From a bacterium (GTDB taxonomy: Bacteria; UBA8248): a DNA stretch of 64,000 nt. A program made the translations under genes and the position numbers. Location: NCBI GenBank assembly GCA_965200245.1, contig CBDATS010000005.1, positions 32,001 to 96,000 on the forward strand, written 5' to 3'. Below the pieces are notes generated by a model that did no database searches, was not told the DNA's origin, and saw only the letters and a program-made list of their open reading frames with translations. The number at the start of each line of letters is the position of its first letter. Position 1 is the first letter of the stretch. Positions 29,932-40,917 of the stretch are shown here, one piece after another.

Positions 29932-29974
29932 AGGGGGCGGTGCGCCCTCACGCGCCGTCCCCTGATTTCTTCTT
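29932..29974 (+). terminator. Intrinsic terminator-like hairpin in the ilvB 5' leader (possible attenuator)
   Basis: 13-bp stem agggggcggtgcg/cgcgccgtcccct (two G-U pairs), 6-nt loop, tail gatttcttctt. Confidence 0.6.
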
Positions 29975-30059
29975 AACGACCTGCCGGCATCATCGGCATT
30001 TTTCGGATCAACTTCATTGCCAGAGAGTGAAAAAATTCAACTGGCTGAGAGGACTGGCC

Positions 30060-31838
30060 GTGGCGACAAAGGCGAAAAGCCAACCTGCTAAACAACCTGC
30101 AAAACTGAAACCGAAAAAAATCCCAGGGGCCGAGATTATCTATCGCGGCCTTGAGCGAGAGGGTGTGGAGTACGTATTCGGACATCCAGGTGCCATACTT
30201 CTTACGCTTCTGGACCTGTTTCTCGAAAGAAGCAACATCAAGCATCTGCTCATACGGCACGAGCAATGCGCCGCGCACATGGCCGAGGGATATGCCCGCG
30301 CCAGCGGCAAGGTCGGCGTATGTCTTACCACTTCCGGTCCGGGCGCCACGAATCTCATCACGGGCATTACGGACGCCTACATGGATTCCATTCCGATCGT
30401 CTGCCTCACGGGACAGGTGGCCACCACGATGGTGGGAAACGATGCCTTCCAGGAAGCCGACATCGTCGGAATGACCAGGACCGTCACCAAACACAGCTAT
30501 CTGGTGAAGAGCACCGATGAACTTGCCGAAACGATCCAGGAGGCTTTCTACATCGCACGCACGGGAAGGCCGGGCCCGGTCCTGGTCGACTTGCCCAAAG
30601 ATGTCCTCTTGGGCGATGGACATTACGAAATCCCGGAAAAAGTGGATTTGCGCGGCTACAAACCCACGACCAAAGGGCACCCCAGACAAATCCAGCGTGT
30701 GGCCGAAGCCATCAAGGAATCCAGACAGCCACTCCTCTACGTCGGCGGCGGCGCCATTCATGCGGAAGCGCATGAGGAAATTCTCAAACTCGCGGAAACA
30801 GCGGAAATTCCGGTCACATACACTCTTTTGGGAGCAGGTGCTTTCCCGAGCGCGCACGAGCTGTCATTGGGCATGCTCGGCATGCACGGAACGGCATACG
30901 CCAACTATGCAACCATGGAGTGTGATTTGCTCATCGCTGTCGGCGCGAGGTTCGACGACCGCGTTACAGGAAAGGTATCAGAATTCGCCAGCCGGGCGAA
31001 AATCATCCACATTGACATAGACCCCACGGCCATCGGAAAAAACAAAGCCGCCGATATCCCGGTCGTCGGTGACGCGCGCCTGGTGCTCGCCGAGGTCAAC
31101 AAACTCATCAATCCTCAAAAACGCGCCCTCTGGAAAAAGCGAATCGAGAACCTGAGGGCGGAATACCCGCTCACGTTCGATTCCTCCGAAGGAGCGCCGA
31201 TCAAGCCGCAAGAGGCCATTGTCGCCTTGAGTGAGGAAGTGGGCGACAGGGCGATCATCACCACCGAGGTGGGACAACACCAGATGTGGGCTGCTCAATT
31301 TTACAGTTTCACATTCCCGCGCCAGTTTATCTCTTCGGGCGGGCTCGGAACCATGGGCTTCGGTTTTCCCGCAGCCATCGGCGTAGCACTGGCGAGACCG
31401 GATAAACTCGCCATCGACATTGCGGGAGACGGCAGTTTCCAGATGGTGATGCAAGAAATCGCTACTGCCGTTCAGTACAACATTCCAGTAAAGGTCTTTT
31501 TGTTGAATAACGCTACGTTGGGTATGGTTCGTCAATGGCAAGATTTGTTCATGGACCGGCGATTCAGCGAAGTGAATTTCGACGCCTCGCCCGATTACGT
31601 AAAGCTTGCGGAGGCATTCGGCGCCAATGGTCGACAGATTGTGCACAAGGAAGATTTGAGATCTGCTATCCAGGAAATGATTGCCACACCGGGGCCCTAC
31701 ATCCTGGATGTGATCGTCGACCCTGACGAGTTGGTCTTTCCAATGGTGCCCGCGGGCAGCGCGACAAAAGATATGATTGTTCGGGATACCCGGAAGAAAG
31801 TCCTTAGAGGCAAGCTCAGCGCATTGCCCGATAACTAG
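30060..31838 (+). CDS. ilvB: Acetolactate synthase large subunit, copy 1
   Basis: RHEQ, TSGPGATN, FQEAD, LGMHG, RFDDR, GDGSFQM, LGMVRQWQ; probable GTG start at 30060. Confidence 0.93.
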   Translation: MATKAKSQPAKQPAKLKPKKIPGAEIIYRGLEREGVEYVFGHPGAILLTLLDLFLERSNIKHLLIRHEQCAAHMAEGYARASGKVGVCLTTSGPGATNLITGITDAYMDSIPIVCLTGQVATTMVGNDAFQEADIVGMTRTVTKHSYLVKSTDELAETIQEAFYIARTGRPGPVLVDLPKDVLLGDGHYEIPEKVDLRGYKPTTKGHPRQIQRVAEAIKESRQPLLYVGGGAIHAEAHEEILKLAETAEIPVTYTLLGAGAFPSAHELSLGMLGMHGTAYANYATMECDLLIAVGARFDDRVTGKVSEFASRAKIIHIDIDPTAIGKNKAADIPVVGDARLVLAEVNKLINPQKRALWKKRIENLRAEYPLTFDSSEGAPIKPQEAIVALSEEVGDRAIITTEVGQHQMWAAQFYSFTFPRQFISSGGLGTMGFGFPAAIGVALARPDKLAIDIAGDGSFQMVMQEIATAVQYNIPVKVFLLNNATLGMVRQWQDLFMDRRFSEVNFDASPDYVKLAEAFGANGRQIVHKEDLRSAIQEMIATPGPYILDVIVDPDELVFPMVPAGSATKDMIVRDTRKKVLRGKLSALPDN

Positions 31839-31850
31839 GAGGTTTCATCC

Positions 31851-33545
31851 GTGGAGCTCAATGGCTCACAAATCATGATTGAAGAACTGAAAGCGGCAGG
31901 CATCGAGATGGCCTTCGGGATACCGGGCGGCGCCATCATGCCGTTTTACGATGAATTGCTGAAGGCGGATTTCCCGCACATCCTCACCCGTCACGAGCAG
32001 GGGGCAGCCCACATGGCGGATGGATACGCACGTGTAAGCGGAAAAGTCGCCATCGTCGTCACGACCTCCGGCCCCGGGGCCACGAACCTCATCACCGGAC
32101 TCGCCAATGCGCAGATGGATTCCGTACCGCTCATCGCAGTCACGGGACAGGTGGCGACCAACATGATCGGAACCGACGCTTTTCAGGAAGCCGACGTGTA
32201 CGGCTGCTCCATTCCGGTCACGAAATTCAACTGGCTCATCAAGGACGTCAACGAAATACAACACGTCACGCGCGAAGCGATTAGAGTGGCGACGGCGGGT
32301 CGACCCGGCCCCGTCCTTCTTGATTTTCCCAAAGACATCCAGATCACCAAGGCAGATTATGTGCCGCGTGAATCCGTTGAATCCCCTCTTCCCGCTACCC
32401 GGCATTATCCTGATCTCGATATGGCGGGAATCCACAAACTGCTTGAAGCCATCGAGCGGGCCGAGCGACCTGTCATCATCGGCGGCGCCGGCATCATCAA
32501 GGCCGGCGCTTCGGAGGAGCTCACGAAATTTGCGAAATCAGCAAACATCCCTGTGATCAACACCTTGCTGGGACTCGGGGGGTTCCCGGGTACGGACGAA
32601 CTTTTCCTCGGTATGCCGGGAATGCACGGCACGGCCTATGCGAACTTTGCCCTGTGTGAATGCGATTTGCTTATCAATCTCGGGGCTCGCTTCGACGATC
32701 GGGTGACGGGCAAGGTGTCGAGCTTTTGCCCGAAAGCGACGATCGCACACGTTGACATCGACGACGCAGAGATTGACAAGCGTGTACACGCGCATATTCC
32801 GATTCTCGGGAACGTGCGGGACGTGCTGATAGCGCTTAATGAACATATAACGCCCGGGGATTACGATGAGTGGCGTCAGACCTGGACGGATTGGAAGGAA
32901 AACTACTCCTTGCAATACGACTGGGACGGATCCATCAAGCCCCAATACGTGATCGATCAGATTCAGGAGATTACCGAAGGCAACAGCATCTATGTGACCG
33001 GTGTCGGGCAGCACCAAATGTGGGCGGCGCAGTTCATCCGCTTCAACGAGCCCAAGACATGGGTGACTTCCGGCGGTCTGGGCACGATGGGATTCGGCCT
33101 TCCCGCCGCAATCGGCGCGAAATTCGCCCGCCCGGAGAAAGACGTCTGGCTCATTGACGGCGACGGAAGCTTTGCCATGACGCTCGTCGAACTCGCCACG
33201 GCGGCCACCTATAACGTCCCCGTAAAGGTCGCCATTCTGAACAATGCCTACCTGGGCATGGTGCGCCAGTGGCAAGAACTGTTTTTCGAGAAACGCTACT
33301 CGCACTCACATTATCCGGAAAACCCCGATTTCGGCATGGTTGCAGAGAGCTATCGCGTGAAGGGGATCAACATCACAGACGTGAACGAAGTGCGGAATTC
33401 TCTCGAGACAGCGGCCGAACACAATGGACCTGTCGTGTTGAATTTCCTGGTCAACAAGGAAGAAAACGTCTGGCCCATGGTTCCCGCCGGCGCCGGGAAC
33501 GATGAGATGCAACTCGCGCCTCCTTCCAGGGAAGCCAACTCATGA
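31851..33545 (+). CDS. ilvB: Acetolactate synthase large subunit, copy 2
   Basis: FGIPGGAI, RHEQ, FQEAD, GDGSF, LGMVRQWQ. Confidence 0.93.
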   Translation: MELNGSQIMIEELKAAGIEMAFGIPGGAIMPFYDELLKADFPHILTRHEQGAAHMADGYARVSGKVAIVVTTSGPGATNLITGLANAQMDSVPLIAVTGQVATNMIGTDAFQEADVYGCSIPVTKFNWLIKDVNEIQHVTREAIRVATAGRPGPVLLDFPKDIQITKADYVPRESVESPLPATRHYPDLDMAGIHKLLEAIERAERPVIIGGAGIIKAGASEELTKFAKSANIPVINTLLGLGGFPGTDELFLGMPGMHGTAYANFALCECDLLINLGARFDDRVTGKVSSFCPKATIAHVDIDDAEIDKRVHAHIPILGNVRDVLIALNEHITPGDYDEWRQTWTDWKENYSLQYDWDGSIKPQYVIDQIQEITEGNSIYVTGVGQHQMWAAQFIRFNEPKTWVTSGGLGTMGFGLPAAIGAKFARPEKDVWLIDGDGSFAMTLVELATAATYNVPVKVAILNNAYLGMVRQWQELFFEKRYSHSHYPENPDFGMVAESYRVKGINITDVNEVRNSLETAAEHNGPVVLNFLVNKEENVWPMVPAGAGNDEMQLAPPSREANS

Positions 33546-34045
33546 GACAAGTCTACTCCATTCTCGTCAACAACCACGCGGGCGTGCTTTCCCATGTTGC
33601 AGGTCTCTTCACCCGCCGTGGATACAACATCGAAAGTATCGCCGCCGGACCGACAGAGGACACCAGCATAACGCGCATCGTCATTGTCGCCATTGGCGAG
33701 GAAAACGAACTCGACCAGATCGCCAAACAACTCCGCAAGCTCTACGATGTGCGGGAAGTCGAACAAATCTCCTATAACCAGGCTGTCACGCGCGAACTCG
33801 TTCTTGCGACAATCAAAGCGCCCATTAACCGAAGAAGTGAAGTCATCCAGCTTGCCAACGCATTTGGCGCTCAGGTAATCAACATGACCGACGATACGGT
33901 GACACTCGAGGCGAGCGGCAACGATCATAAGGTGAGAACCCTTCTCAAGGCATTCGAGAGCTACGGAATATCGCAAATGGCGCGCACGGGAATGATTTCG
34001 CTACCCTACGACGGCATGCCCGAGGATTGGGAGCCCATTACATAA
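33542..34045 (+). CDS. ilvN: Acetolactate synthase small regulatory subunit, copy 1
   Basis: N..GVLS.VAGLF.RRGYNIES, QLRKL, ARTG. Confidence 0.92.
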   Translation: MRQVYSILVNNHAGVLSHVAGLFTRRGYNIESIAAGPTEDTSITRIVIVAIGEENELDQIAKQLRKLYDVREVEQISYNQAVTRELVLATIKAPINRRSEVIQLANAFGAQVINMTDDTVTLEASGNDHKVRTLLKAFESYGISQMARTGMISLPYDGMPEDWEPIT

Positions 34046-34578
34046 TGTCCCAAAATTCCAACAGCGATTCCAGGGAAGATACACATACGATTGCGGTTTT
34101 GGTGGAGAACAAATTCGGCGTTCTCGCCAAGGTGGCAAGTTTGTTCAGCGCCCGCGGTTACAATATTGACAGCCTGTGCGTCGGAGTAACGCAGGACCCC
34201 AGCGTATCCCGAATCACTCTCGTCACGCGCGGAGACGCAAAAGTTCTCGAGCAAATCAGAAAACACCTCAGCAAACTCATCGACACCTTCAAGGTGATGG
34301 ACATGGGCGAGGCAGACAGCGTCGAGCGAGAGATGATTCTCATCAAGGTTTCCGGATCGAAAGCCGCGCGGACGGAGGTATTCCAAATCATCGATGTGTT
34401 CCGGGGCCGCGTCGTAGACGTCTCCACGGATACCATTACCGTTGAAGTGACGGGAGATGAAGGGAAGATTCACGCCATTCTGAATTTACTCCAACCATTC
34501 GGCATCAAGGAGATCGCCCGCACCGGCAAAGTCGCCCTCACTCGTGGGGCCAAGACCCTGAAGGGCTCCAAAAATTAA
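34045..34578 (+). CDS. ilvN: Acetolactate synthase small regulatory subunit, copy 2
   Basis: ENKFGVLA...ARGYNIDSL, EREMILIKV, EIARTG; ATG overlaps the upstream TAA. Confidence 0.93.
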   Translation: MSQNSNSDSREDTHTIAVLVENKFGVLAKVASLFSARGYNIDSLCVGVTQDPSVSRITLVTRGDAKVLEQIRKHLSKLIDTFKVMDMGEADSVEREMILIKVSGSKAARTEVFQIIDVFRGRVVDVSTDTITVEVTGDEGKIHAILNLLQPFGIKEIARTGKVALTRGAKTLKGSKN

Positions 34579-34581
34579 CCC

Positions 34582-35238
34582 ATGAGTCTGAGAGAACATC
34601 CCGGCAGACCACTCGTTGCGAAAGAGGGTTGGGGCTATATCTCAGGTTTATCCGCCATGGGCCTCATCTCGATCGCCTTCGGAGGATGGTTGTGGGCTGT
34701 TCTTTTTTTTCTTCTGGCCGCCGCTGTAGCCGGTTTTTTCCGGGACCCGCATCGTACCCCGCCCGAAGAATCGGGCGTTGTCCTGTCCCCGGCGGATGGC
34801 CGGGTCGTAGAGATCGCCCGCACAGCGGATGGCGGAGGTGTGATACGTATTTTCCTTTCTCCCCTGGACGTTCACATCAACCGATCACCCGTTGAAGGCA
34901 GGATATCGAACATCCACTATCAAAAAGGTCGTTTCCTGGCCGCCTACAAGGAAGCCGCCTCGAATTTCAATGAGCAAAACGCCCTGGAAATCGAGACGAA
35001 CACAGGCGATAATTTCAAAGTCGTTCAAATCGCCGGTGTTCTGGCCCGGCGGATTGTCTGTTGGTCCAAGGCAGGCGATACCATATGTGCTGGAGAACGC
35101 GTCGGACTGATTCAGTTCGGCTCGCGAACAGATTTATATCTTCCAAAAGGTTATAATCTATCCGTAGAGCAGGGACAGCGTGTTCGCGGAGGAGAGACCA
35201 TCGTTGGACGAGCAAACCACGAGACAAACGCGGAATAA
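34582..35238 (+). CDS. psd: Phosphatidylserine decarboxylase proenzyme
   Basis: FFRDP, SPADG, DVHINR, QIAG, FGSR self-cleavage site. Confidence 0.93.
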   Translation: MSLREHPGRPLVAKEGWGYISGLSAMGLISIAFGGWLWAVLFFLLAAAVAGFFRDPHRTPPEESGVVLSPADGRVVEIARTADGGGVIRIFLSPLDVHINRSPVEGRISNIHYQKGRFLAAYKEAASNFNEQNALEIETNTGDNFKVVQIAGVLARRIVCWSKAGDTICAGERVGLIQFGSRTDLYLPKGYNLSVEQGQRVRGGETIVGRANHETNAE

Positions 35239-36040
35239 ATTCGGGCGTCGATCAAGAAGAAGGCGTCGCCGCTCTGGAAAACGATCTTTCCAGCGAGGGA
35301 TATTCCTGGTTCCCAATCTGCTGACCACGGGCAGTCTGTTCGCCGGCTTCTACGCGATCATCGCTTCCATACAGGGAAACTTTATCTGGGCTTCGCTGGC
35401 CATACTGTTGGCCATCGTTTTGGATGGTCTCGATGGCACCGTCGCCCGGTTGACGAAAAGCACAAGTCCGTTTGGCCTTCAATACGACTCTCTGTGTGAT
35501 TTGGTGGCTTTCGGCATCGCACCGGCCATCCTCATATACACATGGCTCCTTGCTCCTTACGGGAGAATCGGCTGGCTGGCCACGTTCATATTCGCAGCAT
35601 GCGGCGCCTTGAGACTGGCGCGCTTCAACGTGCTGGCGCAAGCGAGCAGCGGTTCCATGGATTTCCGCGGCCTGCCAATTCCCGGAGCCGCGGGAGTTCT
35701 GGCATCCATCGTATATCTGGCAGAAGATTTTTCGATCAAGCCCCATGTTCCCCTCATCCTCATCGTAGCACTCAGCTATGCACTGGCGTTTCTGATGGTG
35801 AGCACCATTCGCTACAAGAGTTTCAAGGATATCAGCGGACCTCTCAGAAGACCCTTCCGTGTTCTCGTCGGCGCGGTGCTGGCTCTGTTCGTAGCGGCGG
35901 CGATTCCTCAGGTAGTCGCCTCCCTGGTATTCGTCGGCTACGCTGCATCCGGACCCTATGGAATGATAACGAAATGGCGGAGAACCAAACGGGAGAGCAC
36001 TGCCAGGAACCTTGAACAAACACACCCGGAATCTTCGTAA
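35204..36040 (+). CDS. pssA: CDP-diacylglycerol--serine O-phosphatidyltransferase
   Basis: PNLLT, DGLDG..AR, DSLCD..AFG.AP, LRLARFN, F.GLP; SD GGAGGAG before the TTG at 35204. Confidence 0.93.
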   Translation: MDEQTTRQTRNKFGRRSRRRRRRSGKRSFQRGIFLVPNLLTTGSLFAGFYAIIASIQGNFIWASLAILLAIVLDGLDGTVARLTKSTSPFGLQYDSLCDLVAFGIAPAILIYTWLLAPYGRIGWLATFIFAACGALRLARFNVLAQASSGSMDFRGLPIPGAAGVLASIVYLAEDFSIKPHVPLILIVALSYALAFLMVSTIRYKSFKDISGPLRRPFRVLVGAVLALFVAAAIPQVVASLVFVGYAASGPYGMITKWRRTKRESTARNLEQTHPESS

Positions 36041-36201
36041 TCCATTCAGGAGCGCATCTCATGCCCCGGCAAACGCCCAGATGATACACCGTATCTTGTC
36101 ACCCTGCGTATTCCCGCCAGATTGCGCTCTCGTCGATAAGTATTCATAATCTATTCAATACAGTACCGTCTGAAACCAGAGATTGTTCTTGACGAATCGC
36201 C

Positions 36202-38526
36202 ATGACGAGAGTTTCCGTGTCAAATAGTTCAAAACTCGCATTCTTGAAAGCACATGGGCTTTTTCTGTCGTTCGTTATTTTCACTCTCGTATTATTCTGG
36301 GCACCGACTTCCCCGAAAGCTCAGCCGAAAAGTGGCTCGCAAGCCCAGACTATACCCAGTCCGCCTACAAGAAGTGACGAGGGCCTCCGGTTCTTGAGAG
36401 AACCGGAAGCATCCATCGCTATCACAGCGGATGAAATACGGGAAGATCGGGAACGTCAACGCATTATTGGCCGCGGAGCTGCGGACATCCAGTATCTGGG
36501 CAAGAGAATTCGAGCGGATTACATTGAGGTACAAACTTCCACACGCGATGGAGTGGCCACCGGAAACATTGTATTTCAAACCAAGAACGACCGTATCGTC
36601 GCCAACCGTATCGAATTCAATCTCGATACGGAGCAGATGGTCGTATTCAACGCACAGGGCTATATCGACACCACATATTACGTGACGGGGCGAGTCGTGC
36701 GGCGCTTGTCGGAAGATCGGTATGAAGTCCAGGGAGGTACTTTCACCACGTGCGAAGGAGATATTCCGGACTGGGCTTTCGGTTTCGAGCGTGCGACTTT
36801 CCAGATTGAAGGCTATGCCCAACTCGAAGCGCCCACCATGTCCGTGAAGGGGGTGCCAGCGGCTTTTTTTCCCTGGGTCGTGGTGCCAATAAAAACAAAA
36901 AGAGCCACCGGCTTCCTGCTTCCGGGAATCGGTTCAAGCAGTCGTAGCGGGTTCCAGTTTTCTCCCTCGTTCTTCTGGGCCATCAACGACTCTTCGGACG
37001 CCACCTTCGGGGTCGACTATTTCACCAAACGCGGGGTTCGCTACAAGGGACAGTACCGCTACGCACCGGATCGAAACACGACAGGAGAAATAACGGGGCG
37101 CTACCTGAAAGACGAACTCGAACGAGCGAATTTCTGGGACGTCAAAGGCTTTCATCGTACGAATTTCAAAGGTATCGGTGGCAACCTCAACGTAGCAATC
37201 GACCTGCAAAAACGCCCGACGAACGACCGTTCGCTTGAAGACAACTTACAGTCGCGCACTCGCCAGAATACGGACACCCATGTCACCTTCACGCAAAATC
37301 TTCCCAAAATTGCCGGACAACTCCAACTGGGAATGAGACGACGCGAAGGTTTGGGTGATAGCGATGGCCAATTGTTTCAAAGAGCACCGGAAATAACCCT
37401 GGACATTCATCACAAACATCTGAAGGAAAGCAATCTATACTTTAACCTGGATTCCTCCTTCACCAATTTCAGAAAAATGGAGAACGAAAACACGCTTCGG
37501 CTGAGCCGCTTTCACATCGAACCTTCTTTATCGCTTCGCCTGGAGACTCTTCCCTGGCTAGGTCTGACACCTGAAATCGGGTTACGAAGAACGTATTGGA
37601 CACATCAGAAATTGGATCCGGGTTTAAATTCGATCTTCGCTCAGGTGCAACACGTGGAATCCGACCTGTCGCGAGAAATGTGGTTTGCGAAACTCCATGC
37701 GCTCGGTCCGCGATACAGCAAAGTCTACAGAGGCGGGTCCGGCCCCTTCCGGGATTTCAAGCACATTCTCTCGTTCGAGACGAACTATCAATACATCCCA
37801 AACAATGATGTGTACGACAGAAGCCTGATCATCCCCCTAGATCCGATCGATGAACTCCAGAACGAACACGCCATCGAATATGCCATTGTGAACCGTGTAC
37901 TGACGAAACTGCCCACAAGTGAGGGACTCCAGACAAAGCAGTTGTTTCGATACAGAATCAGCCAGACGTATGATTTCGTCGAAGCGCGAAGAAAAGAGGG
38001 ACTCTACACAAGGCCAAAACGTCCTTTCGGCGACATCGCCTTCAGACTCGAAACGCAGCCCTACTCCAGGTTTCGCCTTCTGCAGCAATTCCAGTATGAC
38101 CCTTATGACTCGGAAATCAGCGAACACTCAACGGGCGTCTTGCTCGACGAAAAAAACTGGTTTTTCAGTGTCGACAGGACCTGGACGCGCCAAAGAAACT
38201 ACTACCCGGAAAGCGTGGAAGGCAGTCATCTGAATTTCGCCGGAGGGTTGTCCCTGAACAAGAATCTTTCCCTCGAATACGCCTCGCGTTTGAACAAAAC
38301 CGAAAAAACCACACTGGAGCAAAGCATAACGGCGCGCTACTTTGATTGCTGCTGGGGATTGGAACTCACATTTACAGATACCAAGGAAGAAAGTGAAGTA
38401 TTCCTGGGCTTCAGCCTCATTGGTCTGCTCGAGGGCGAGAGAACATTCGGTTTCATGAACAGGCGAAATGCTTTACGAGAAGATGGACTCGGGAACGGCT
38501 CATGGGCGACCTCGCCTTTCGAGTAA
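36202..38526 (+). CDS. lptD: LPS assembly protein LptD
   Basis: Jellyroll N-terminus, FTTCE, R.TGFLLP, beta-barrel strands, DCCWG. Confidence 0.88.
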   Translation: MTRVSVSNSSKLAFLKAHGLFLSFVIFTLVLFWAPTSPKAQPKSGSQAQTIPSPPTRSDEGLRFLREPEASIAITADEIREDRERQRIIGRGAADIQYLGKRIRADYIEVQTSTRDGVATGNIVFQTKNDRIVANRIEFNLDTEQMVVFNAQGYIDTTYYVTGRVVRRLSEDRYEVQGGTFTTCEGDIPDWAFGFERATFQIEGYAQLEAPTMSVKGVPAAFFPWVVVPIKTKRATGFLLPGIGSSSRSGFQFSPSFFWAINDSSDATFGVDYFTKRGVRYKGQYRYAPDRNTTGEITGRYLKDELERANFWDVKGFHRTNFKGIGGNLNVAIDLQKRPTNDRSLEDNLQSRTRQNTDTHVTFTQNLPKIAGQLQLGMRRREGLGDSDGQLFQRAPEITLDIHHKHLKESNLYFNLDSSFTNFRKMENENTLRLSRFHIEPSLSLRLETLPWLGLTPEIGLRRTYWTHQKLDPGLNSIFAQVQHVESDLSREMWFAKLHALGPRYSKVYRGGSGPFRDFKHILSFETNYQYIPNNDVYDRSLIIPLDPIDELQNEHAIEYAIVNRVLTKLPTSEGLQTKQLFRYRISQTYDFVEARRKEGLYTRPKRPFGDIAFRLETQPYSRFRLLQQFQYDPYDSEISEHSTGVLLDEKNWFFSVDRTWTRQRNYYPESVEGSHLNFAGGLSLNKNLSLEYASRLNKTEKTTLEQSITARYFDCCWGLELTFTDTKEESEVFLGFSLIGLLEGERTFGFMNRRNALREDGLGNGSWATSPFE

Positions 38527-38594
38527 AAATTGTGTGGCCTCTTCCAACATTATTACGCGCAAACTCCTGCTTGCATGAAGGGTGAGGCAACCCG

Positions 38595-39920
38595 GTGAAT
38601 ATTTGCGTTATCGGCTGTGGATATGTGGGATTGATGACAGGGGCCATATTCGCAGATCTGGGCAACGACGTCATTGGCGTAGACATCGACCAGGACCGCG
38701 TGGATACCCTGAACGCGGGCAGGTGCCCCATTCATGAACCCAGATTGCCCGAGTTGCTGGAACGCAACCTCAGAGAACGCAGGCTCACCTTCACCGCTTC
38801 CATCCCGGAAGCAGTTTCAATGAGCGAGATCATTTTCATCTGTGTGGGGACCCCCCCCGCCCAGGATAGCGGAACGGACCTCTCGCAAGTGGAAGCAGCG
38901 GCGTCGGACATCGCCCGCGCGGTGAATAGCTACAAGATTATCGTCAACAAAAGCACCGTGCCCGTAGGTACGGGGGATTTCGTCAGAGAGGTAATCGAGA
39001 AAAATGGAGTTGCTCCGGAAGATTTCGACGTAGTCTGCAATCCGGAATTCCTGCGCGAAGGTCAAGCAGTGCGGGACACTCTACAACCGGATCGCATCGT
39101 CATCGGTTCATCATCGGAGCAAGCAGCGGAAAAGGTACGGCTTCTATATCAGGCCCTCCATGCCCCTTGCATCATCACGGACACGCACAGCGCCGAGTTG
39201 ATCAAATACGCCTCGAATGCGTTTTTGGCGATGAAAATCACATTCATAAATGCGGTCGCTAACCTTTGCGAGCAAACCCAAGCGGATATCCGAGAAGTCG
39301 CCAATGGGATTGGCGCTGATTCGCGGATTGGCCCCGCCTTTCTCGGGGCAGGCTTGGGCTACGGCGGGTCTTGCTTCCCGAAGGACGTGGATGCCCTGTT
39401 GCACGCTTCCAGGAGACTCGGCGCTGAAATGCCTGTTCTGGAAGCCGTACGATCGGAAAACGACAGTCGCGTACCCCGGTTCATCCGAAGAATCATCAAG
39501 AGGCTGGATACAAAAAACCGGTTACCCCTTGAAGGAATAGTCATCGGTGTCTTGGGACTATCCTTCAAGCCGGATACAGACGACATGCGAGAAGCCAAAA
39601 GTATCGAAATCTGTCACGAGCTTCGTGTGGCGGGAGCCAGGCTGCGCGCATATGATCCCATCGCAACCGAAAACGCCAGGCGAATTATTGGCGACAAGGG
39701 AATCGAATACTGCCAAAGCCCCTACGAGGCGGCGAAAGGCGCAAATGCACTTGTTATCGTCACCGAATGGCGTGAATTCATTCAGTTGAACCTGAATCGC
39801 TTGAAATCGGAAATGGTGGAGCCGATCATCTTCGACGGTCGAAACATCTATTCTTCCGCACAAGTGACGGATGCCGGCTTTGAATACTTCTGCATCGGCA
39901 AAACCGCAGCCAAACCCTGA
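38595..39920 (+). CDS. ugd: UDP-glucose 6-dehydrogenase
   Basis: [36 protein letters not shown]. Confidence 0.95.
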   Translation: MNICVIGCGYVGLMTGAIFADLGNDVIGVDIDQDRVDTLNAGRCPIHEPRLPELLERNLRERRLTFTASIPEAVSMSEIIFICVGTPPAQDSGTDLSQVEAAASDIARAVNSYKIIVNKSTVPVGTGDFVREVIEKNGVAPEDFDVVCNPEFLREGQAVRDTLQPDRIVIGSSSEQAAEKVRLLYQALHAPCIITDTHSAELIKYASNAFLAMKITFINAVANLCEQTQADIREVANGIGADSRIGPAFLGAGLGYGGSCFPKDVDALLHASRRLGAEMPVLEAVRSENDSRVPRFIRRIIKRLDTKNRLPLEGIVIGVLGLSFKPDTDDMREAKSIEICHELRVAGARLRAYDPIATENARRIIGDKGIEYCQSPYEAAKGANALVIVTEWREFIQLNLNRLKSEMVEPIIFDGRNIYSSAQVTDAGFEYFCIGKTAAKP

Positions 39921-39922
39921 CA

Positions 39923-40879
39923 ATGGAAAACTCTCGCGTTGTTGTGACGGGCGGAGCGGGCTTCATTGGCTCTCACTTGTGCGACAGGCTACTCGCCCTC
40001 AGCGCTGACGTCGTGTGCGTCGATAATTTCCTCACCGGAAATTATTCCAACATTGACCACCTGCTCGGAAACGGACATCCGAACTTTTCACTCATCGAAC
40101 ACAACGTGAGTGCACATATTCACGTCGAGGGAAAAGTGGACGCCGTTTTCCATCTTGCGAGTCCGGCCAGCCCGAACGATTATCTGAAATATCCCATCCA
40201 GACACTAAAGGTCGGCTCCCTTGGCACGCACAACGCCCTTGGGCTTGCGAAGGAGAAAAACGCGCGTTTTCTTCTGGCTTCCACCTCGGAGGTATATGGA
40301 GATCCCCAGATTCACCCACAGCATGAGGAATACTGGGGCCACGTCAACCCCATCGGACCACGCGGGGTATATGACGAAGCCAAGAGATTCTCAGAAGCCA
40401 TTACAATGGCCTATCACCGAAGTCACGGTCTTAATGCGCACATCGCCCGCATCTTCAATACGTATGGCCCCAGAATGCGAATAGCGGACGGACGCGCGAT
40501 ACCTGCCTTTATCTCGCAAGCCATTCGAAACGAACCCATCACTGTTTTTGGCGACGGAAAACAGACCAGAAGTTTTTGTTTCATTACAGATCTCGTCGAT
40601 GGCCTCATCAAACTGATGGACAGCGAAATTCATGAACCGGTCAACCTCGGAAATCCATCGGAGATGACGATTATCGACCTGGCCGCAAAAATCATTCTCC
40701 TCGCAGGTGCAAACCCGGAAATCCAGCATGAACCTCTTCCCATCGACGATCCGAAAATCCGTCAACCTGACATCCGAAAAGCAAAAATGCTTCTCGGCTG
40801 GGAGCCGATCATTTCCCTGGAAGAGGGTCTCCTGGCCACAATAGACGACTTCAGGAAACGATTGAACATCAACCCTTGA
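39923..40879 (+). CDS. UDP-glucuronate decarboxylase (UDP-xylose synthase-like SDR)
   Basis: [40 protein letters not shown]. Confidence 0.9.
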   Translation: MENSRVVVTGGAGFIGSHLCDRLLALSADVVCVDNFLTGNYSNIDHLLGNGHPNFSLIEHNVSAHIHVEGKVDAVFHLASPASPNDYLKYPIQTLKVGSLGTHNALGLAKEKNARFLLASTSEVYGDPQIHPQHEEYWGHVNPIGPRGVYDEAKRFSEAITMAYHRSHGLNAHIARIFNTYGPRMRIADGRAIPAFISQAIRNEPITVFGDGKQTRSFCFITDLVDGLIKLMDSEIHEPVNLGNPSEMTIIDLAAKIILLAGANPEIQHEPLPIDDPKIRQPDIRKAKMLLGWEPIISLEEGLLATIDDFRKRLNINP

Positions 40880-40917
40880 AATTTAGCCCCTTGATCGGCT
40901 AGATTGCAGGGCACTGG

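Noticed and set aside
29800-29975. 6S RNA or T-box identity for the ilv leader
   Set aside because: No T-box sequence; the central region does not form the long terminal stem expected of 6S, and the usual zapA/ygfA context is absent. Not formally excluded without cmscan.
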